IMG/VR virus record: IMGVR_UViG_3300030372_002403
Span: 1 to 44,804 of that record
From: a virus
Taxonomy: Duplodnaviria > Caudoviricetes
DNA: 44,804 bases
Reading direction: 5' to 3' (one strand)
This document shows, one piece after another, positions 17,376-28,740 of this stretch (the first letter of the stretch is position 1; every line of letters starts with the position of its first letter). A program made the position numbers and the translations under genes. The notes under the pieces are model-generated. The model had not been told where the DNA came from and did no database searches. It was given only the letters and a program-made list of their open reading frames with translations.

Positions 17376-18953
17376 TTATAACCCTGCGCTACTATCTAAT
17401 ATAAACTCTACTGTAAATACTACATCATTTGCGTCATTTGTAGGGTCAAATGATATATTAATTATATCACCTGCACTAAAAGTATTATTAACTAAAAATT
17501 CAAATTTGTATGACGTATCATCAGCAGCCATATCTACTACAGCTGTTCTGCTTGGTATTGCAGCTGGATGCTCTGTTCCTGTTGATGATTTATGAAAACC
17601 TACAACAGTAGAGCCACAAGCTTCTTCACTTCTAATGATAACTTGTTTTAAATACCCATCATAAGGTGCAACATAAGATAAATATTCATTTGATGCAAGT
17701 TGTGAATTTCTTTCTATAATATAACCTACAAGAGGAATATAAACTTTTGTTCCTGCTGTATAATTATAATTAAATCCAGCATTTATAATATGTCTAAATT
17801 CATGCCCCATATAACCTGAATCTTTTAATCCATCAGGTGTTACTGCTCTTGTAGCATCTGTTCCTGTAGTAGTTTCAGCAGTTGTTGCTAATTCTACTAC
17901 ACCTTTAGCACTTGCACTTGCATTTACTGCTTGTACAGTAAATTCTCTTGCTGCATCTTCAGATAGTTCAATACCGTTTCCTGAAGACATTTGTAATGTT
18001 TGTCCATGCGCTACATCAACAGTAGAGCCACTATCTATTTGATAATTCCATATTGTAAGTTGATTAGTGTTTGTATCTGTATCTGTAGGAACAACCCAAG
18101 TTCCATCTTTTCTAAGAAATTGATTACTATGAGTTCCGCTTCCTGCTGCAACTAATCCAGCTGCATAAGAATTACCAGATGCCATTACATCATAAGTTGT
18201 ATTAGTATCAGTAGATGCAAAATCTAATTTACCTGATGAATCATCGTAAGTTACATTTATATTAGTTTCTGTATTACCACTAACCATAGCACCAACTATA
18301 TCCTGTACTTGTTCGTCTGTTAAAGTAGTATCAGTAGATATACCACCTATATCTGATAAAACTTCAGCTCCTGTTCTATGTTTAACTTTACCAGAACCAT
18401 CTACAACTAAAAATTTATCTACATCACTACCTGCATTTGGTACTGTATTCATCTGTAAAGCTGATTGAACTATAGTCGTTCCTGTAGATTCTAGCTTTAA
18501 ATTACCAAATCCTTTTATAGTGGGAGTAGCTACAGAGCCTGAAGATATTTTAGTAGGGTCTAAATTTAAAGATAAACGAGGATTTCCTTCGTAACTATAA
18601 TCAAACTGACCACTAGTCATGTTCACTGTAGGTGGGTCATTTACTTGATTTGTTGCGTCTATTGGGCCAAATGAGGCATTATTATCTTTATGCCAACCAT
18701 CTTCCCCCCTAATGTAAAAATCGTACTTATTTTCGCCTGTTTTGTTAATTTTAATATCACCAGCTTGACCTTTATAACCTTCAGCTTCACCACTTTTAGA
18801 AACAGTATTAGTTTTATTAGTTATTTCATTAGAAAAATTAGATACTTTATATTGAATATCTTCACCATAAGCATCCCAAAAATTTTCTGCAGCACCTAAA
18901 CCACTAGTTCTTTTTAACCCCTTTTTTATTTTCCTAAAACTAATCTTACTCAT
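17376..18953 (-). CDS. Tail fibre / receptor-binding protein
   Basis: ASASAKGVVELATTAETTTGTDATRAVTPDGLK fibre repeat; EQVQDIVGAMVSGNTETNI.VTYDD and FLRKDGTW fibre motifs. Confidence 0.75.
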   Translation of the reverse strand: MSKISFRKIKKGLKRTSGLGAAENFWDAYGEDIQYKVSNFSNEITNKTNTVSKSGEAEGYKGQAGDIKINKTGENKYDFYIRGEDGWHKDNNASFGPIDATNQVNDPPTVNMTSGQFDYSYEGNPRLSLNLDPTKISSGSVATPTIKGFGNLKLESTGTTIVQSALQMNTVPNAGSDVDKFLVVDGSGKVKHRTGAEVLSDIGGISTDTTLTDEQVQDIVGAMVSGNTETNINVTYDDSSGKLDFASTDTNTTYDVMASGNSYAAGLVAAGSGTHSNQFLRKDGTWVVPTDTDTNTNQLTIWNYQIDSGSTVDVAHGQTLQMSSGNGIELSEDAAREFTVQAVNASASAKGVVELATTAETTTGTDATRAVTPDGLKDSGYMGHEFRHIINAGFNYNYTAGTKVYIPLVGYIIERNSQLASNEYLSYVAPYDGYLKQVIIRSEEACGSTVVGFHKSSTGTEHPAAIPSRTAVVDMAADDTSYKFEFLVNNTFSAGDIINISFDPTNDANDVVFTVEFILDSSAGL

Positions 18954-21900
18954 TATTTAATTCTCTTTCTTCTGTAAGTTACAGCAAAAGAATCTATAAA
19001 TGATTTCTGATTTTTAAATACAATTTTAACACTCTTACCTTTAGTTCCTGCTGGAAATTTTAATACTGGCATTGCGGTTCTTATTGGGTTAACTTTTTGC
19101 ATTGTCATTGTCCCGTCAGTTATCATACCATGCCAATCTATCGCCTTTGTTCCTAATTGTCCTCTGAATACAGAAACTCTAACACCATTTGTTCCGTGAG
19201 TTGAACTATAAGTTGAGATGTCATTTTCTCCTTCATTAGTTTGCAGCCAATCAAAATAAAAGTTTCTAACTCTCACAAATTCTCCGTACTCTTTTCCATT
19301 TTCATCTGTTCCAGAGAAATATAGATATTGCCCTTTATGTATATGAACTAATTCTTCTAATTCACCTTGTTTAGTTGGTTTTTTATATTGACTATAAGGT
19401 GGCTCTGCAAACTCTGGTAAACTACTAATTACAAAAGAAAATGCATTTAATAAATCTGCTCCAGCTGGATTTTTAAGTCCGTTACTTGCTGTTTCAAAAG
19501 CAGGTAACATTGTGTTTATTGTGTATATACTATTTGTTTTATCATTAGCTAAATAAGGGCCAATATGAGGTTTTCTATTTTGTACACGCATAGTTTGCAA
19601 AACTCCGTCAACATAAACTTTTAAATCATCTGATTCTGACGCAGGTGCTGTATTTAGTTCATGAGTATCGTCTAAAACTTCATAATTATTTACAACATCA
19701 TACGATAAATCATTTCCCCAATCACCAAAATTATTTCCTGTTTCTGCAATAGCATTAACTCCATCATTATTAAAAGTGTTTAAACAAACCTCTCCAGTAA
19801 CATATAACCTTTTAAATGATTTCTCAAAATCAGGTAAACCCATATTAAACTCTTTACTTTCCCAAGCAAAACTTTTTCTATTCCTTTTATCTACTCTATA
19901 ATTATATATTTGATAACCGTCATTTAATATAACTTCACCTTTGCCAGTTAATGCTAAAGATTTAACATTAGGGCAAGAATAATAATCCCATCTTTTTTGT
20001 TGTATATTAAAAGAATATAACCTAGATTGGTTAGCTTTATAGCTTGCATTAAAATTTTGCTCAGAAGCATCATTATATCCTTGTAAAATAACATATAAAC
20101 ATTGTTTTATAGAATCAAATACTACTCTCGGTGTATAACCTAACTCTTCTGATTTTTTTAAAGCATCTAAATATCCTATTTGCCATTCTGGTCTAGAATG
20201 ATTGTATAATATAGGGTCACCTATTGGAGTAGCTTCTTTTCCATTGTGTATATATATATTGTTTCTATCAGCAAAAAATAAACCTATATCAGTTACTACA
20301 AAAGATTGATTATTAAGTATACCAATTCCTTCTGACATTTCTTCTATAACCATTTCTATAGGATTAATTATATACGTATTATTCTCATCAAATAAAAACA
20401 CTCTGTTTGCAAAAGAAACAAGAGCAACTGGTTGTGTAGGTATATCCATAAAATCATTTGACCAGTCAAATATAGAAAACTTACCTTGTTTTGACCTAAG
20501 AAGAATATGATTACCTTCTGGTATTTCAGGATGATTTATTTTTGCTACAAATAAAAAGTCATTTAATTGACAAGATAGCGAATATTTAGGAGTTAAATCA
20601 TCTAAAGTTTCAGAAATACCGTTTAACCCTTCATAACTAACAGTAACTCTTTCATCTTTAAATTTATATCTAAAACCTCCAGTAAATGGTACAAACTTAT
20701 TATGTTTTTTGTCTAAACTAACAGATTCTACTAATCTATATAATTCATTAGGGTTAATTTTTCTATATATATTAATATCAGTAACTCTTGGATTTAATCC
20801 TAAAAATGCTGCTGAAGGAACTTCTAAATTAAGTTTAATATACTTAGAGTCTTGAGTTATATCTTCAAAAAATGTAGCATCACTTAACGGGCCTTCTTGG
20901 AATCCGTCATAAGTGTAAGATATTTTATAAGATATTCTATCACCCTCTTTAAACGTAATTCCTATTTTTTCACCATCAGAATTTGTATCTGCTGGCTCCT
21001 CAGATTCTTTATACAGTAATTGTTTTTTATATTTTTTAGAATGAGAACCTACTCCTGTATTTATATTTTCTGCATCATTGTATCCAGTTGTACTACCACT
21101 TGTAGGATAAATTCCATCATCGCTTGAAACAGACATAGCAACACCAGCTGTACTTCCATATCCTTCATTTAATCTTTTTGACGCTGATACAGTTTGTCCA
21201 GCTTTTAAAACTGCTCTGTCAAAACCTGCTTCAACATCAAAACTTCCAGTATAACCAGATTTATTGTTAGGAGACTGGTCATCTGTTGACCAAAAATTCC
21301 AAAGCCTGTCATAAAGATAAAAAGGATAATAAGTTGTACTATTGTCAATAGCGCCATTTGTAGTACTTGTTTGTTCACTAAATTGAGGTCTACACCAAAC
21401 GCTTACTGCTTGCTCATCTAATTCTCCAGTAGTTCCAACAACTATAGGTGAATAAGTATCTAGCATTACATCTTCATTACCAGCGTTAATAAATGTTCTT
21501 TGAAAGTAGTGAGTGTTATCATATTGAACTGGAGAGTCTGAAAGTCCAGGGTTTAAGTTTTTAAAGCAAACATAATTATTTGTATAACTTGCTATTTGTA
21601 AAAAATAATTTTCCTCATCTTTTTTATACTGTTTTATCAAAGGTATTATATCTGACACAGCAGCTTTACTTTGAGAACCCCACCAACTAACAGTATTTCC
21701 ATTTGATGAATTTCTAACACCAAACCCTTCTTTTTCGTTATAATTTATAGCTTTAGGGTCAATAACAGTAAGAATAGTTGATTCTATATCACTATCGCTT
21801 ATAGGAGAACTTTCGGCTCTTAAATTTAAAATGTAACCATGTTTTCTTTTTGAGCTTCCATCATGTTTTATTTTTTGCCAAGATATAAAATCTACACCTA

Positions 21901-24900
21901 CTATATCTTTTATTATATAACCAGCAGGTAATACAATTTTTCTCATAGCGCATCTAGGAGAAATTAAATGTTCATATTCATTTGCACTTCGATACTCACT
22001 GTAGCTATAATCTGTATTTTTATAAACAGAATCAGATATAGCTGTAGTATTCCAACACATTACAGTTTTTCTATTATTCCATATATTTCCGCTAGGATTA
22101 GTTGCGCCATCTGTACCATCATCATTTATATCTAAACTACCACTAGCAGGATAATAACCAGCATCAGTAGAGCCATAACCCCCATTTGCAGCGTTTACTG
22201 CAGGGTCGTTTTTATGGGGCCAACGATATGTTAAATATCCTGTACCAAAAGCAGTCTTTGTCATATCGGTTATATTAGCATCACTGTAAGTAGTTCCATT
22301 ACTACCTACATCTACCCTTCTAGCTAATTCTCCAGTAAAGCCTTCTGTCTCTTCAGGAACACCTTCTCCACCATTTTTTCTTGTAAAATTCTCATACATT
22401 TCAAAACCTTGGCCAAAAACTCTGTCATTTTCTACATCACTATTTTCAGTATAATAACCTCTTCTTGTTATTTCACAATTAGAAGCCCAAGTAGTAGTTA
22501 CATTGTTATAATGACCAAAACCATCACCTCCATAGTAAGCTCCACCATAACCATCGTTACCTAGATTTACATAACCTGCTCTCATATCACTAATACTTGC
22601 GTTATCTTTATTTAATTCTTTTACACCATTATGGTCATGTTTATATCTGTATTGATTAAACCTACTAAAACCTATTGTTGCAGGCACACTTTTATCAGTT
22701 CTCCAACCTGCTTCTGTATCATTAAATATTGTTTCCGTTACTGAACCATTATAAGCTACTGTAACATTGCTGTCATCATCATTAGGCGCTCCTTGTTGTT
22801 CTCCGTGATTAAATTGAGCTTCTTTATTAGTAGTATGCCCACTTAATGAAGCAAAGGCTACTGGAGAATCATGTTGTGTAAACATTACAAAATCTTCTTC
22901 ATATGTTTCAGTATTACTATCTTTCCAAGCATACCAACTTACATCGTCACCACCGCTTTTAAATGCTCTTAATTCACCGCCTTTTGTAACAAACTTTCCA
23001 CTTAAAGTACCAAATAAATTAACAATATGCGCTACAGGAGAGCCTAATTCTGTAGCTGTTCTTTTTATTGTTGTTCCTGTATTGTACCATTCTTTAAAAT
23101 GAGGTTTCATATTATGTCTTGAATTAGACCATTGTCTATAACCATTTGAACCAGGTTCTGCTACCCATCCTGAATTGTACCCTAAATTTAAAGCATACGA
23201 TTGTGAGTTATATCTAGAGCCATAAAATACTGCCCAATGCACCCATTCTCCAGAAGGATTACGAAAACATACTATGTTTTGACTATCAGCATAATGATTA
23301 TAATGCCATCTTTCAGCTTTTCCTCCTATAGAACAAAAGTTTTCTTGACCTTCACTATTTTGAGAACCATAACCAGCAACTTCATCCACCCTGCCATCAC
23401 TATCGTATCTCTTGTCTCTAGCAAAATGAAATTTATCTATAGGATAGTACATTTTATACATATCATCAGTGTCTGCATTTTTAGTTCTACCAGCTTTAAT
23501 ATAAGCGCATTCTTGATAAGAAGGAGTCTTATCATACATATATACTTCATAATTAGAATTTACACCAATTCCAGGTTGGGTGTCATTACCAGTCGAGCTA
23601 CCACCATTAGGTGTATCATACATACCTTGAGGTCTAAAGTTAAATAAAAATAAATCCCATCTCATATGAGAACTATCGTTTAATTTATTATAAGAAACCC
23701 AAACTCTCCATTTACCATCACCAGGAGAATTTCCGTCTGTTGCACCATCTCCTAAATGAGGTTTATGAGAATAGGTTTCGCATATAGAAGAGATATACTG
23801 ACCACTTGGTTCAGGGTCCCATAAATATTCTCCTACTGTGTCTTTTAGTCTTGAATCAGCTTGTTTACCATGTAACCTTACAAGCCCTGTACCTACAGTG
23901 CTATCATCAAAGCAAAATAGATTATCATGTAATCTATCAAAGTTTAAAGTTACTTCTCTGTAAGATAATCTAGAATTGTCTGCATCTATTGAGTTCCAAT
24001 TAGTAGTATCTATTAAATAAATTTTATCATAATCATTTTTATTAGAAACCCAAAGCTTTCCATGTCCCATATAATAGTTCGGAGAAACTTCTCTTATACT
24101 AACATTATCAAGATATATAGTAGCATCAGTGCTATTAGCACTTATTATTTTTATTTTTTTATGATTTGTCGCATTATACACAAAATCAATATAATCATGT
24201 TTAGCTGCAGTATCTGCAGAATAAGTTTTTTTGTCACTTGATATGTTAGTTGCAGTATCATTACCTAAACCTACATCAAAACTTCCACTACTATGACTTG
24301 CTACTTGTACACTATAAGAAAGTCTATAAGTTACTCCAGCTTCCATTCCATTCTTAAAATAGTCTTCATCTAAAGCTGTTACGTTTTGCTCTCCTCCACC
24401 AGTATTAGACACTGCCTTTAAATAAGTATCTGTAAAAAAATCTCCCTCAGTTGCACCAGAACTAGCGCTCATTGATATAGAGTTCCATGAATCGCCTGAA
24501 TTAAGCCAATTTGTAGTTCCTACAAAATCTCTATTTGCTTTACTAAAAATACATTCAATTCCAAATCCACCTCCAAAGCTCCCTTCTCCATCAGAACTTT
24601 TACATTCAGAGATTGTTCCTATTTGAAAATTATCTATATTTAATTCTTCAGATAAATCAATACCTTCTATAATATCTTGAACCATACTAACAGGATTTCC
24701 ATTAGAATCATAATTAAGAACTTCATTTGCTTTTAATTGGTCTATTTTTTTAGAAGTAGTTTTCAATCTATATAAATAAGTATCATCATTTACATGACCA
24801 TATACATAAGTAGGTTTTCCACTGTAAGCTCTTTCAGAATCGTGTACATTTGCTGTACTATCATCAGTTCCGTTACCATGAGTAGCTTCATCTACATCTC

Positions 24901-26602
24901 CCATTAAGTGACCTATATAGTTAAATCTTATTAAACCAGCTGTTGAATTATCTTGTAGAGAACTAATGTTTATAGCACCATCTGAAGGCACAAATGCTAC
25001 CTGAAATAAATCTCCTGTATGAAGAGCTTCTCCATCACTACCTCCACTTTGATTATGGTGAGTAGAGTAATCTACATTTTCAGTTACAATAGCAGGAGCG
25101 GTATGGTCTTCTACATCACGTTTTACAGATTTACTCATATCGCCTACTGCAAATGATTTTACATCTTTTAAATAAGAAAAAGCAGCTGTACCGCTATGAG
25201 AATCTAAAGCTCCCCCTAAACTGTTAGAAGTAGCTTCTAAACCTTCTCCTAAATCTAATCTAAATATCATTCCTTTTTTAAAGCTACTATAATTACTAGG
25301 AGTTGTACCTGTTGAATTTTTTAAACATTGTATTGCCCACTGATTTACACTTCTTGTTTTTTTAGAGCTAACACTATTAGTAAATACGTCACTTCCATCT
25401 GCTTCTGAATAAATACTAGCAGAGCCTGCTATACCAAAATTACTACTATTTAATCCATAATGTAGTGTAGGTACTACAATGTTGTCTAAAGAAAGTTCTC
25501 CATATTGATTACCCATTTTTTCTACAGTACTAGGTAATAAGAAATCTTTTTTGTCAAATGTATTTTCAAGTTGGTTTCTATCTACTTCCCCTAACCATAA
25601 AGGGTTTGTAGAAGCTAAATTACCAGTTCCAATATATAAATTTTTATTTCTTTGTTCTGCAGATATATCATAAGTATCAGGCGAACTGGCTACTGAACCT
25701 AAATCAATTTCGCTAAAATTTTCTTTTCCTAAATTTTTTAATAAGACAGCTTTTGCATTATAAGATATACCAAATAAATTATACTCACCTACTTGATTTA
25801 TAGGTTTTAAAAATTTATATGATAAAGGGTTAGAGTCAGAGTTTGATTCAGGTAACATTCCATTACCTTTTACAAATTTACCATCCCTTGTATTGTCCCA
25901 GCTTTTTGGAGTTGTTACATCTTCATAAATTTCTTTGTCTGGATAAAATGCTCTTGCAGTAGATATGCTTCCATTTGTGTAAACATTTGTAGAATAGTTA
26001 GTTCCATTTATATCAGTTAATTCTATTGGACTTTCTGGTATAGCTATATCACCAAGAAAGTTACTAGAAATTAAAATATATTCTCTTACATCATTAGCTG
26101 CAACAGTTTCCGTAAAAGCTATTGAAGTAAAATAATATGTTATTCCACTTGCTGACGCTAAATTCAAAGGAGTAGTTAAAGATTTTATTTGCCCAGAAAT
26201 AAGGCTAGCTAAAGTTGCTAAATTAGTACTAGAATATACAATTGAAACTATTGTATAATTTTTTTCATCAGCATATCCCTGTAAATCGGTAGGAACAGCT
26301 CCGTCTGTAGAAACGTGTATTAAAAATATTTTATTATACGCATGCAAAAGAAAACATGTATTATGCCATTGAGTATGAGAAGGTTCTGTTAATCTTATTC
26401 TCCATCTAGCATATCTAGGCAACTCCCAACCATACTCATGATTTAATATATAATTGCCTTTTATACCTCTTAATGAACCTTGTTCAAATTCAGAGTCTAC
26501 ATCTAAAGAAAACGTAGCATAATCGCTATCAATATCTGATTCAGAAAAAGAACCTAAAAGACCTTTAGTAAACTTATTAACTTGCTTAGATTCTACTGGC
26601 AT
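18953..26602 (-). CDS. Giant tail nozzle/stabilisation-like protein (2549 aa) with a large inserted region
   Basis: N-terminal F.KGL...SD...DVD...GSL and C-terminal beta-propeller-like/WESKEFNMG..EKSFKRL segments resemble podovirus tail tubular B/P22 gp10-like proteins; internal CBM-like module. Confidence 0.55.
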   Translation of the reverse strand: MPVESKQVNKFTKGLLGSFSESDIDSDYATFSLDVDSEFEQGSLRGIKGNYILNHEYGWELPRYARWRIRLTEPSHTQWHNTCFLLHAYNKIFLIHVSTDGAVPTDLQGYADEKNYTIVSIVYSSTNLATLASLISGQIKSLTTPLNLASASGITYYFTSIAFTETVAANDVREYILISSNFLGDIAIPESPIELTDINGTNYSTNVYTNGSISTARAFYPDKEIYEDVTTPKSWDNTRDGKFVKGNGMLPESNSDSNPLSYKFLKPINQVGEYNLFGISYNAKAVLLKNLGKENFSEIDLGSVASSPDTYDISAEQRNKNLYIGTGNLASTNPLWLGEVDRNQLENTFDKKDFLLPSTVEKMGNQYGELSLDNIVVPTLHYGLNSSNFGIAGSASIYSEADGSDVFTNSVSSKKTRSVNQWAIQCLKNSTGTTPSNYSSFKKGMIFRLDLGEGLEATSNSLGGALDSHSGTAAFSYLKDVKSFAVGDMSKSVKRDVEDHTAPAIVTENVDYSTHHNQSGGSDGEALHTGDLFQVAFVPSDGAINISSLQDNSTAGLIRFNYIGHLMGDVDEATHGNGTDDSTANVHDSERAYSGKPTYVYGHVNDDTYLYRLKTTSKKIDQLKANEVLNYDSNGNPVSMVQDIIEGIDLSEELNIDNFQIGTISECKSSDGEGSFGGGFGIECIFSKANRDFVGTTNWLNSGDSWNSISMSASSGATEGDFFTDTYLKAVSNTGGGEQNVTALDEDYFKNGMEAGVTYRLSYSVQVASHSSGSFDVGLGNDTATNISSDKKTYSADTAAKHDYIDFVYNATNHKKIKIISANSTDATIYLDNVSIREVSPNYYMGHGKLWVSNKNDYDKIYLIDTTNWNSIDADNSRLSYREVTLNFDRLHDNLFCFDDSTVGTGLVRLHGKQADSRLKDTVGEYLWDPEPSGQYISSICETYSHKPHLGDGATDGNSPGDGKWRVWVSYNKLNDSSHMRWDLFLFNFRPQGMYDTPNGGSSTGNDTQPGIGVNSNYEVYMYDKTPSYQECAYIKAGRTKNADTDDMYKMYYPIDKFHFARDKRYDSDGRVDEVAGYGSQNSEGQENFCSIGGKAERWHYNHYADSQNIVCFRNPSGEWVHWAVFYGSRYNSQSYALNLGYNSGWVAEPGSNGYRQWSNSRHNMKPHFKEWYNTGTTIKRTATELGSPVAHIVNLFGTLSGKFVTKGGELRAFKSGGDDVSWYAWKDSNTETYEEDFVMFTQHDSPVAFASLSGHTTNKEAQFNHGEQQGAPNDDDSNVTVAYNGSVTETIFNDTEAGWRTDKSVPATIGFSRFNQYRYKHDHNGVKELNKDNASISDMRAGYVNLGNDGYGGAYYGGDGFGHYNNVTTTWASNCEITRRGYYTENSDVENDRVFGQGFEMYENFTRKNGGEGVPEETEGFTGELARRVDVGSNGTTYSDANITDMTKTAFGTGYLTYRWPHKNDPAVNAANGGYGSTDAGYYPASGSLDINDDGTDGATNPSGNIWNNRKTVMCWNTTAISDSVYKNTDYSYSEYRSANEYEHLISPRCAMRKIVLPAGYIIKDIVGVDFISWQKIKHDGSSKRKHGYILNLRAESSPISDSDIESTILTVIDPKAINYNEKEGFGVRNSSNGNTVSWWGSQSKAAVSDIIPLIKQYKKDEENYFLQIASYTNNYVCFKNLNPGLSDSPVQYDNTHYFQRTFINAGNEDVMLDTYSPIVVGTTGELDEQAVSVWCRPQFSEQTSTTNGAIDNSTTYYPFYLYDRLWNFWSTDDQSPNNKSGYTGSFDVEAGFDRAVLKAGQTVSASKRLNEGYGSTAGVAMSVSSDDGIYPTSGSTTGYNDAENINTGVGSHSKKYKKQLLYKESEEPADTNSDGEKIGITFKEGDRISYKISYTYDGFQEGPLSDATFFEDITQDSKYIKLNLEVPSAAFLGLNPRVTDINIYRKINPNELYRLVESVSLDKKHNKFVPFTGGFRYKFKDERVTVSYEGLNGISETLDDLTPKYSLSCQLNDFLFVAKINHPEIPEGNHILLRSKQGKFSIFDWSNDFMDIPTQPVALVSFANRVFLFDENNTYIINPIEMVIEEMSEGIGILNNQSFVVTDIGLFFADRNNIYIHNGKEATPIGDPILYNHSRPEWQIGYLDALKKSEELGYTPRVVFDSIKQCLYVILQGYNDASEQNFNASYKANQSRLYSFNIQQKRWDYYSCPNVKSLALTGKGEVILNDGYQIYNYRVDKRNRKSFAWESKEFNMGLPDFEKSFKRLYVTGEVCLNTFNNDGVNAIAETGNNFGDWGNDLSYDVVNNYEVLDDTHELNTAPASESDDLKVYVDGVLQTMRVQNRKPHIGPYLANDKTNSIYTINTMLPAFETASNGLKNPAGADLLNAFSFVISSLPEFAEPPYSQYKKPTKQGELEELVHIHKGQYLYFSGTDENGKEYGEFVRVRNFYFDWLQTNEGENDISTYSSTHGTNGVRVSVFRGQLGTKAIDWHGMITDGTMTMQKVNPIRTAMPVLKFPAGTKGKSVKIVFKNQKSFIDSFAVTYRRKRIK

Positions 26603-26605
26603 AAT

Positions 26606-27295
26606 TTATGAAGACTCCGCTAAAAATAACTCCAAATCACACGTAGCTGTATCAGATTTAGCTGATATTTTAGATATATTAGATAAACCTGGTGAAAAAG
26701 CAGCTGTAATATTACTAGCTGTAGCTGTAGCATCTGTATCTAAAGTAACAGAAGTAGGAGCCCCATGAGTGTTAACAGAGTTTATTTTTGTACCAGTAGC
26801 TATACCACTTCCACTTACTTTTAGACCTGGTATAACTTTACTATTTGCATCAAGTGTCATTGTAGTATTACTATTAGTATCAACTGTATTATCAGTAAAA
26901 GTTAATTCTTGGCTACTACTTGACATAATCTCATTTAACCCAGTGCTAGTATCACTAGATATTATAAATGATTGACCAGCTTCTAATTTAAAAGCAGCTT
27001 CATGATTAACTCCGTTAGTAATTGTTAATACTGCATAATTAGTATCATCTAAATTTGTAATTCTTAAATACTTTACTTTATTTCCTAAAAAAGAACCAGC
27101 AGAACCAACACTTGCAACTGAAGAAATATTAATAATATCTGTATCAACTGATGTTGAAGTCCCTACAACTCTTCTAAAAACACTTGAAATTCCAGATAAA
27201 GCAAAACTATGAGTTTGACCTTCATCTTTACTATTTAGTGTAATAGATTCTTTTATGGTTACTTTTAATGTGGCTGTACCATAAGTTCTAGCCAT
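26606..27295 (-). CDS. Virion structural protein (S/T-rich, beta)
   Basis: VKYLRITNLDDTN motif; tail-module context. Confidence 0.55.
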   Translation of the reverse strand: MARTYGTATLKVTIKESITLNSKDEGQTHSFALSGISSVFRRVVGTSTSVDTDIINISSVASVGSAGSFLGNKVKYLRITNLDDTNYAVLTITNGVNHEAAFKLEAGQSFIISSDTSTGLNEIMSSSSQELTFTDNTVDTNSNTTMTLDANSKVIPGLKVSGSGIATGTKINSVNTHGAPTSVTLDTDATATASNITAAFSPGLSNISKISAKSDTATCDLELFLAESS

Positions 27296-27296
27296 C

Positions 27297-27500
27297 TTAT
27301 TTATCCTCCTTTTTATAATTACATTTAAAATTTTTTGGTGTGTGCGCTACTAGTTCTAAAGATTTTATTCTTTTCTCTAATTCTTCTACTTTAGTATCTA
27401 ACTCATTTTTTTCAAATACATAAGACATTATTTTATCTAATTTAAAATGTTTAACTAGTTGACTAGCGACAGTATTTATAAGCATTTTAGGTATTATCAT
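27297..27500 (-). CDS. Hypothetical coiled-coil protein (start revised to ATG 27500)
   Basis: ATG at 27500 forms an ATGA overlap with the upstream small ORF; the track's TTG 27512 is less likely. Confidence 0.55.
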   Translation of the reverse strand: MIIPKMLINTVASQLVKHFKLDKIMSYVFEKNELDTKVEELEKRIKSLELVAHTPKNFKCNYKKEDK

Positions 27501-27640
27501 ATTACTTTCCAAAGTTTTTTAAATATTAAAATACATGCTATTATAAAGATAACACTAGCTATATCAATTAAATGATTACCACTATCACTTTCAATTGTTC
27601 CCATTGGAGTTTCTAACTTTACTTTTTTAGTGCTATTCAT
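27497..27640 (-). CDS. Small membrane protein (47 aa), not in the ORF track
   Basis: MNSTKKVKLETPMGTIESDSGNHLIDIASVIFIIACILIFKKLWKVI; fills the gap and overlaps both neighbours. Confidence 0.6.
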   Translation of the reverse strand: MNSTKKVKLETPMGTIESDSGNHLIDIASVIFIIACILIFKKLWKVI

Positions 27641-27941
27641 CGTTCATACCACCTTTTTCCATCATTCTTAAAAACTTGTCTTTTAAGCCATTACCGCTTA
27701 ATCTAGCAATAATTTCTACTTGCGCTTTAAATATACCATTTAACTTTTTTTGTTCCATTTGCACCAACTTTTGCTGGTCAATAAGCTTAATAATAATACC
27801 TTCCAACCTCTTGAAGTCTTGGTCTAGTTCTGTCATTAGAGTTTGCTGTATGAACCGATTCTGTTTCCATATAAAAAATCCGAACGCCATTGCTACTGCT
27901 ACGGGTATTCCAAATTGTTCCAAGATTGTAAGTATATCCAT
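27633..27941 (-). CDS. Holin-like membrane protein
   Basis: N-terminal TM (FGIPVAVAMAFGFFIW) plus coiled coil. Confidence 0.5.
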   Translation of the reverse strand: MDILTILEQFGIPVAVAMAFGFFIWKQNRFIQQTLMTELDQDFKRLEGIIIKLIDQQKLVQMEQKKLNGIFKAQVEIIARLSGNGLKDKFLRMMEKGGMNDE

Positions 27942-28732
27942 TACTTATTCCCATCTATTAACTCTCCCCATAATGAGGTTTTACCGTTAATTATTTGCAC
28001 TACATGCACAGTAAATAAACCTCCTCTAAAGTAATCAACTACTGCAAAAGCATGTGCCCAGTTTATAGCTCTTCCGCCTAACCATTTATTTTTCTCAGGG
28101 CTCATATCTTTCAAGCATCCCATACTCCAAGCAGACTTAGGTCCGTCTATATGAGTTACAGATGCTTGTTGCAATCCATGATGATGTCCATACATTACGT
28201 TAGCACCTAATTGTAAGTGAGCTTTAGCGTGATGCATGCCTGATTTATGATGCCCGTGATAGTAATGTAACTTACCAATCTTTAACCATTTTTTAGGCTC
28301 TAAATCAGCAGGATAATATTTATATCCTCTTTCCTTTAAATTAGTTGCTTCATGAAATTTGTATTGTGGTAAATAAGGATGTTCTCCAACAAACATATTA
28401 CACCACTCATCGTGATTTCCTCCACACAAATACTTTTCTTTACAATTTACTTTATCTAAAGATTCATCTATACTGTCAAGAAGCTCGTTAACACCTTTTA
28501 CATCTTTGTCAACTCTAGGTATAATGTACTCTAATGGCGGCTTTTTCTTAGCTTTCCATTGCCAGTGAGATACACTTCCCCATTCACCTACATCGCCTAA
28601 ATCTATATATATATCAGGCTTAATTATTTCTATTGCTTTTTTTACTACATTTATTGCTGCTTTATCTTCTAAAGGAGCATGTTTGTCTGGTGTGACAATT
28701 GCTCTTTTTAGTACACCTTTTTCTTTTGGCAT
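27941..28732 (-). CDS. Calcineurin-like metallophosphoesterase (start revised to ATG 28732)
   Basis: PDKH, DLGD, GNHD, HGH and GHHH motifs; AAGGAGATAT directly before ATG 28732. Confidence 0.85.
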   Translation of the reverse strand: MPKEKGVLKRAIVTPDKHAPLEDKAAINVVKKAIEIIKPDIYIDLGDVGEWGSVSHWQWKAKKKPPLEYIIPRVDKDVKGVNELLDSIDESLDKVNCKEKYLCGGNHDEWCNMFVGEHPYLPQYKFHEATNLKERGYKYYPADLEPKKWLKIGKLHYYHGHHKSGMHHAKAHLQLGANVMYGHHHGLQQASVTHIDGPKSAWSMGCLKDMSPEKNKWLGGRAINWAHAFAVVDYFRGGLFTVHVVQIINGKTSLWGELIDGNK

Positions 28733-28740
28733 ATATCTCC

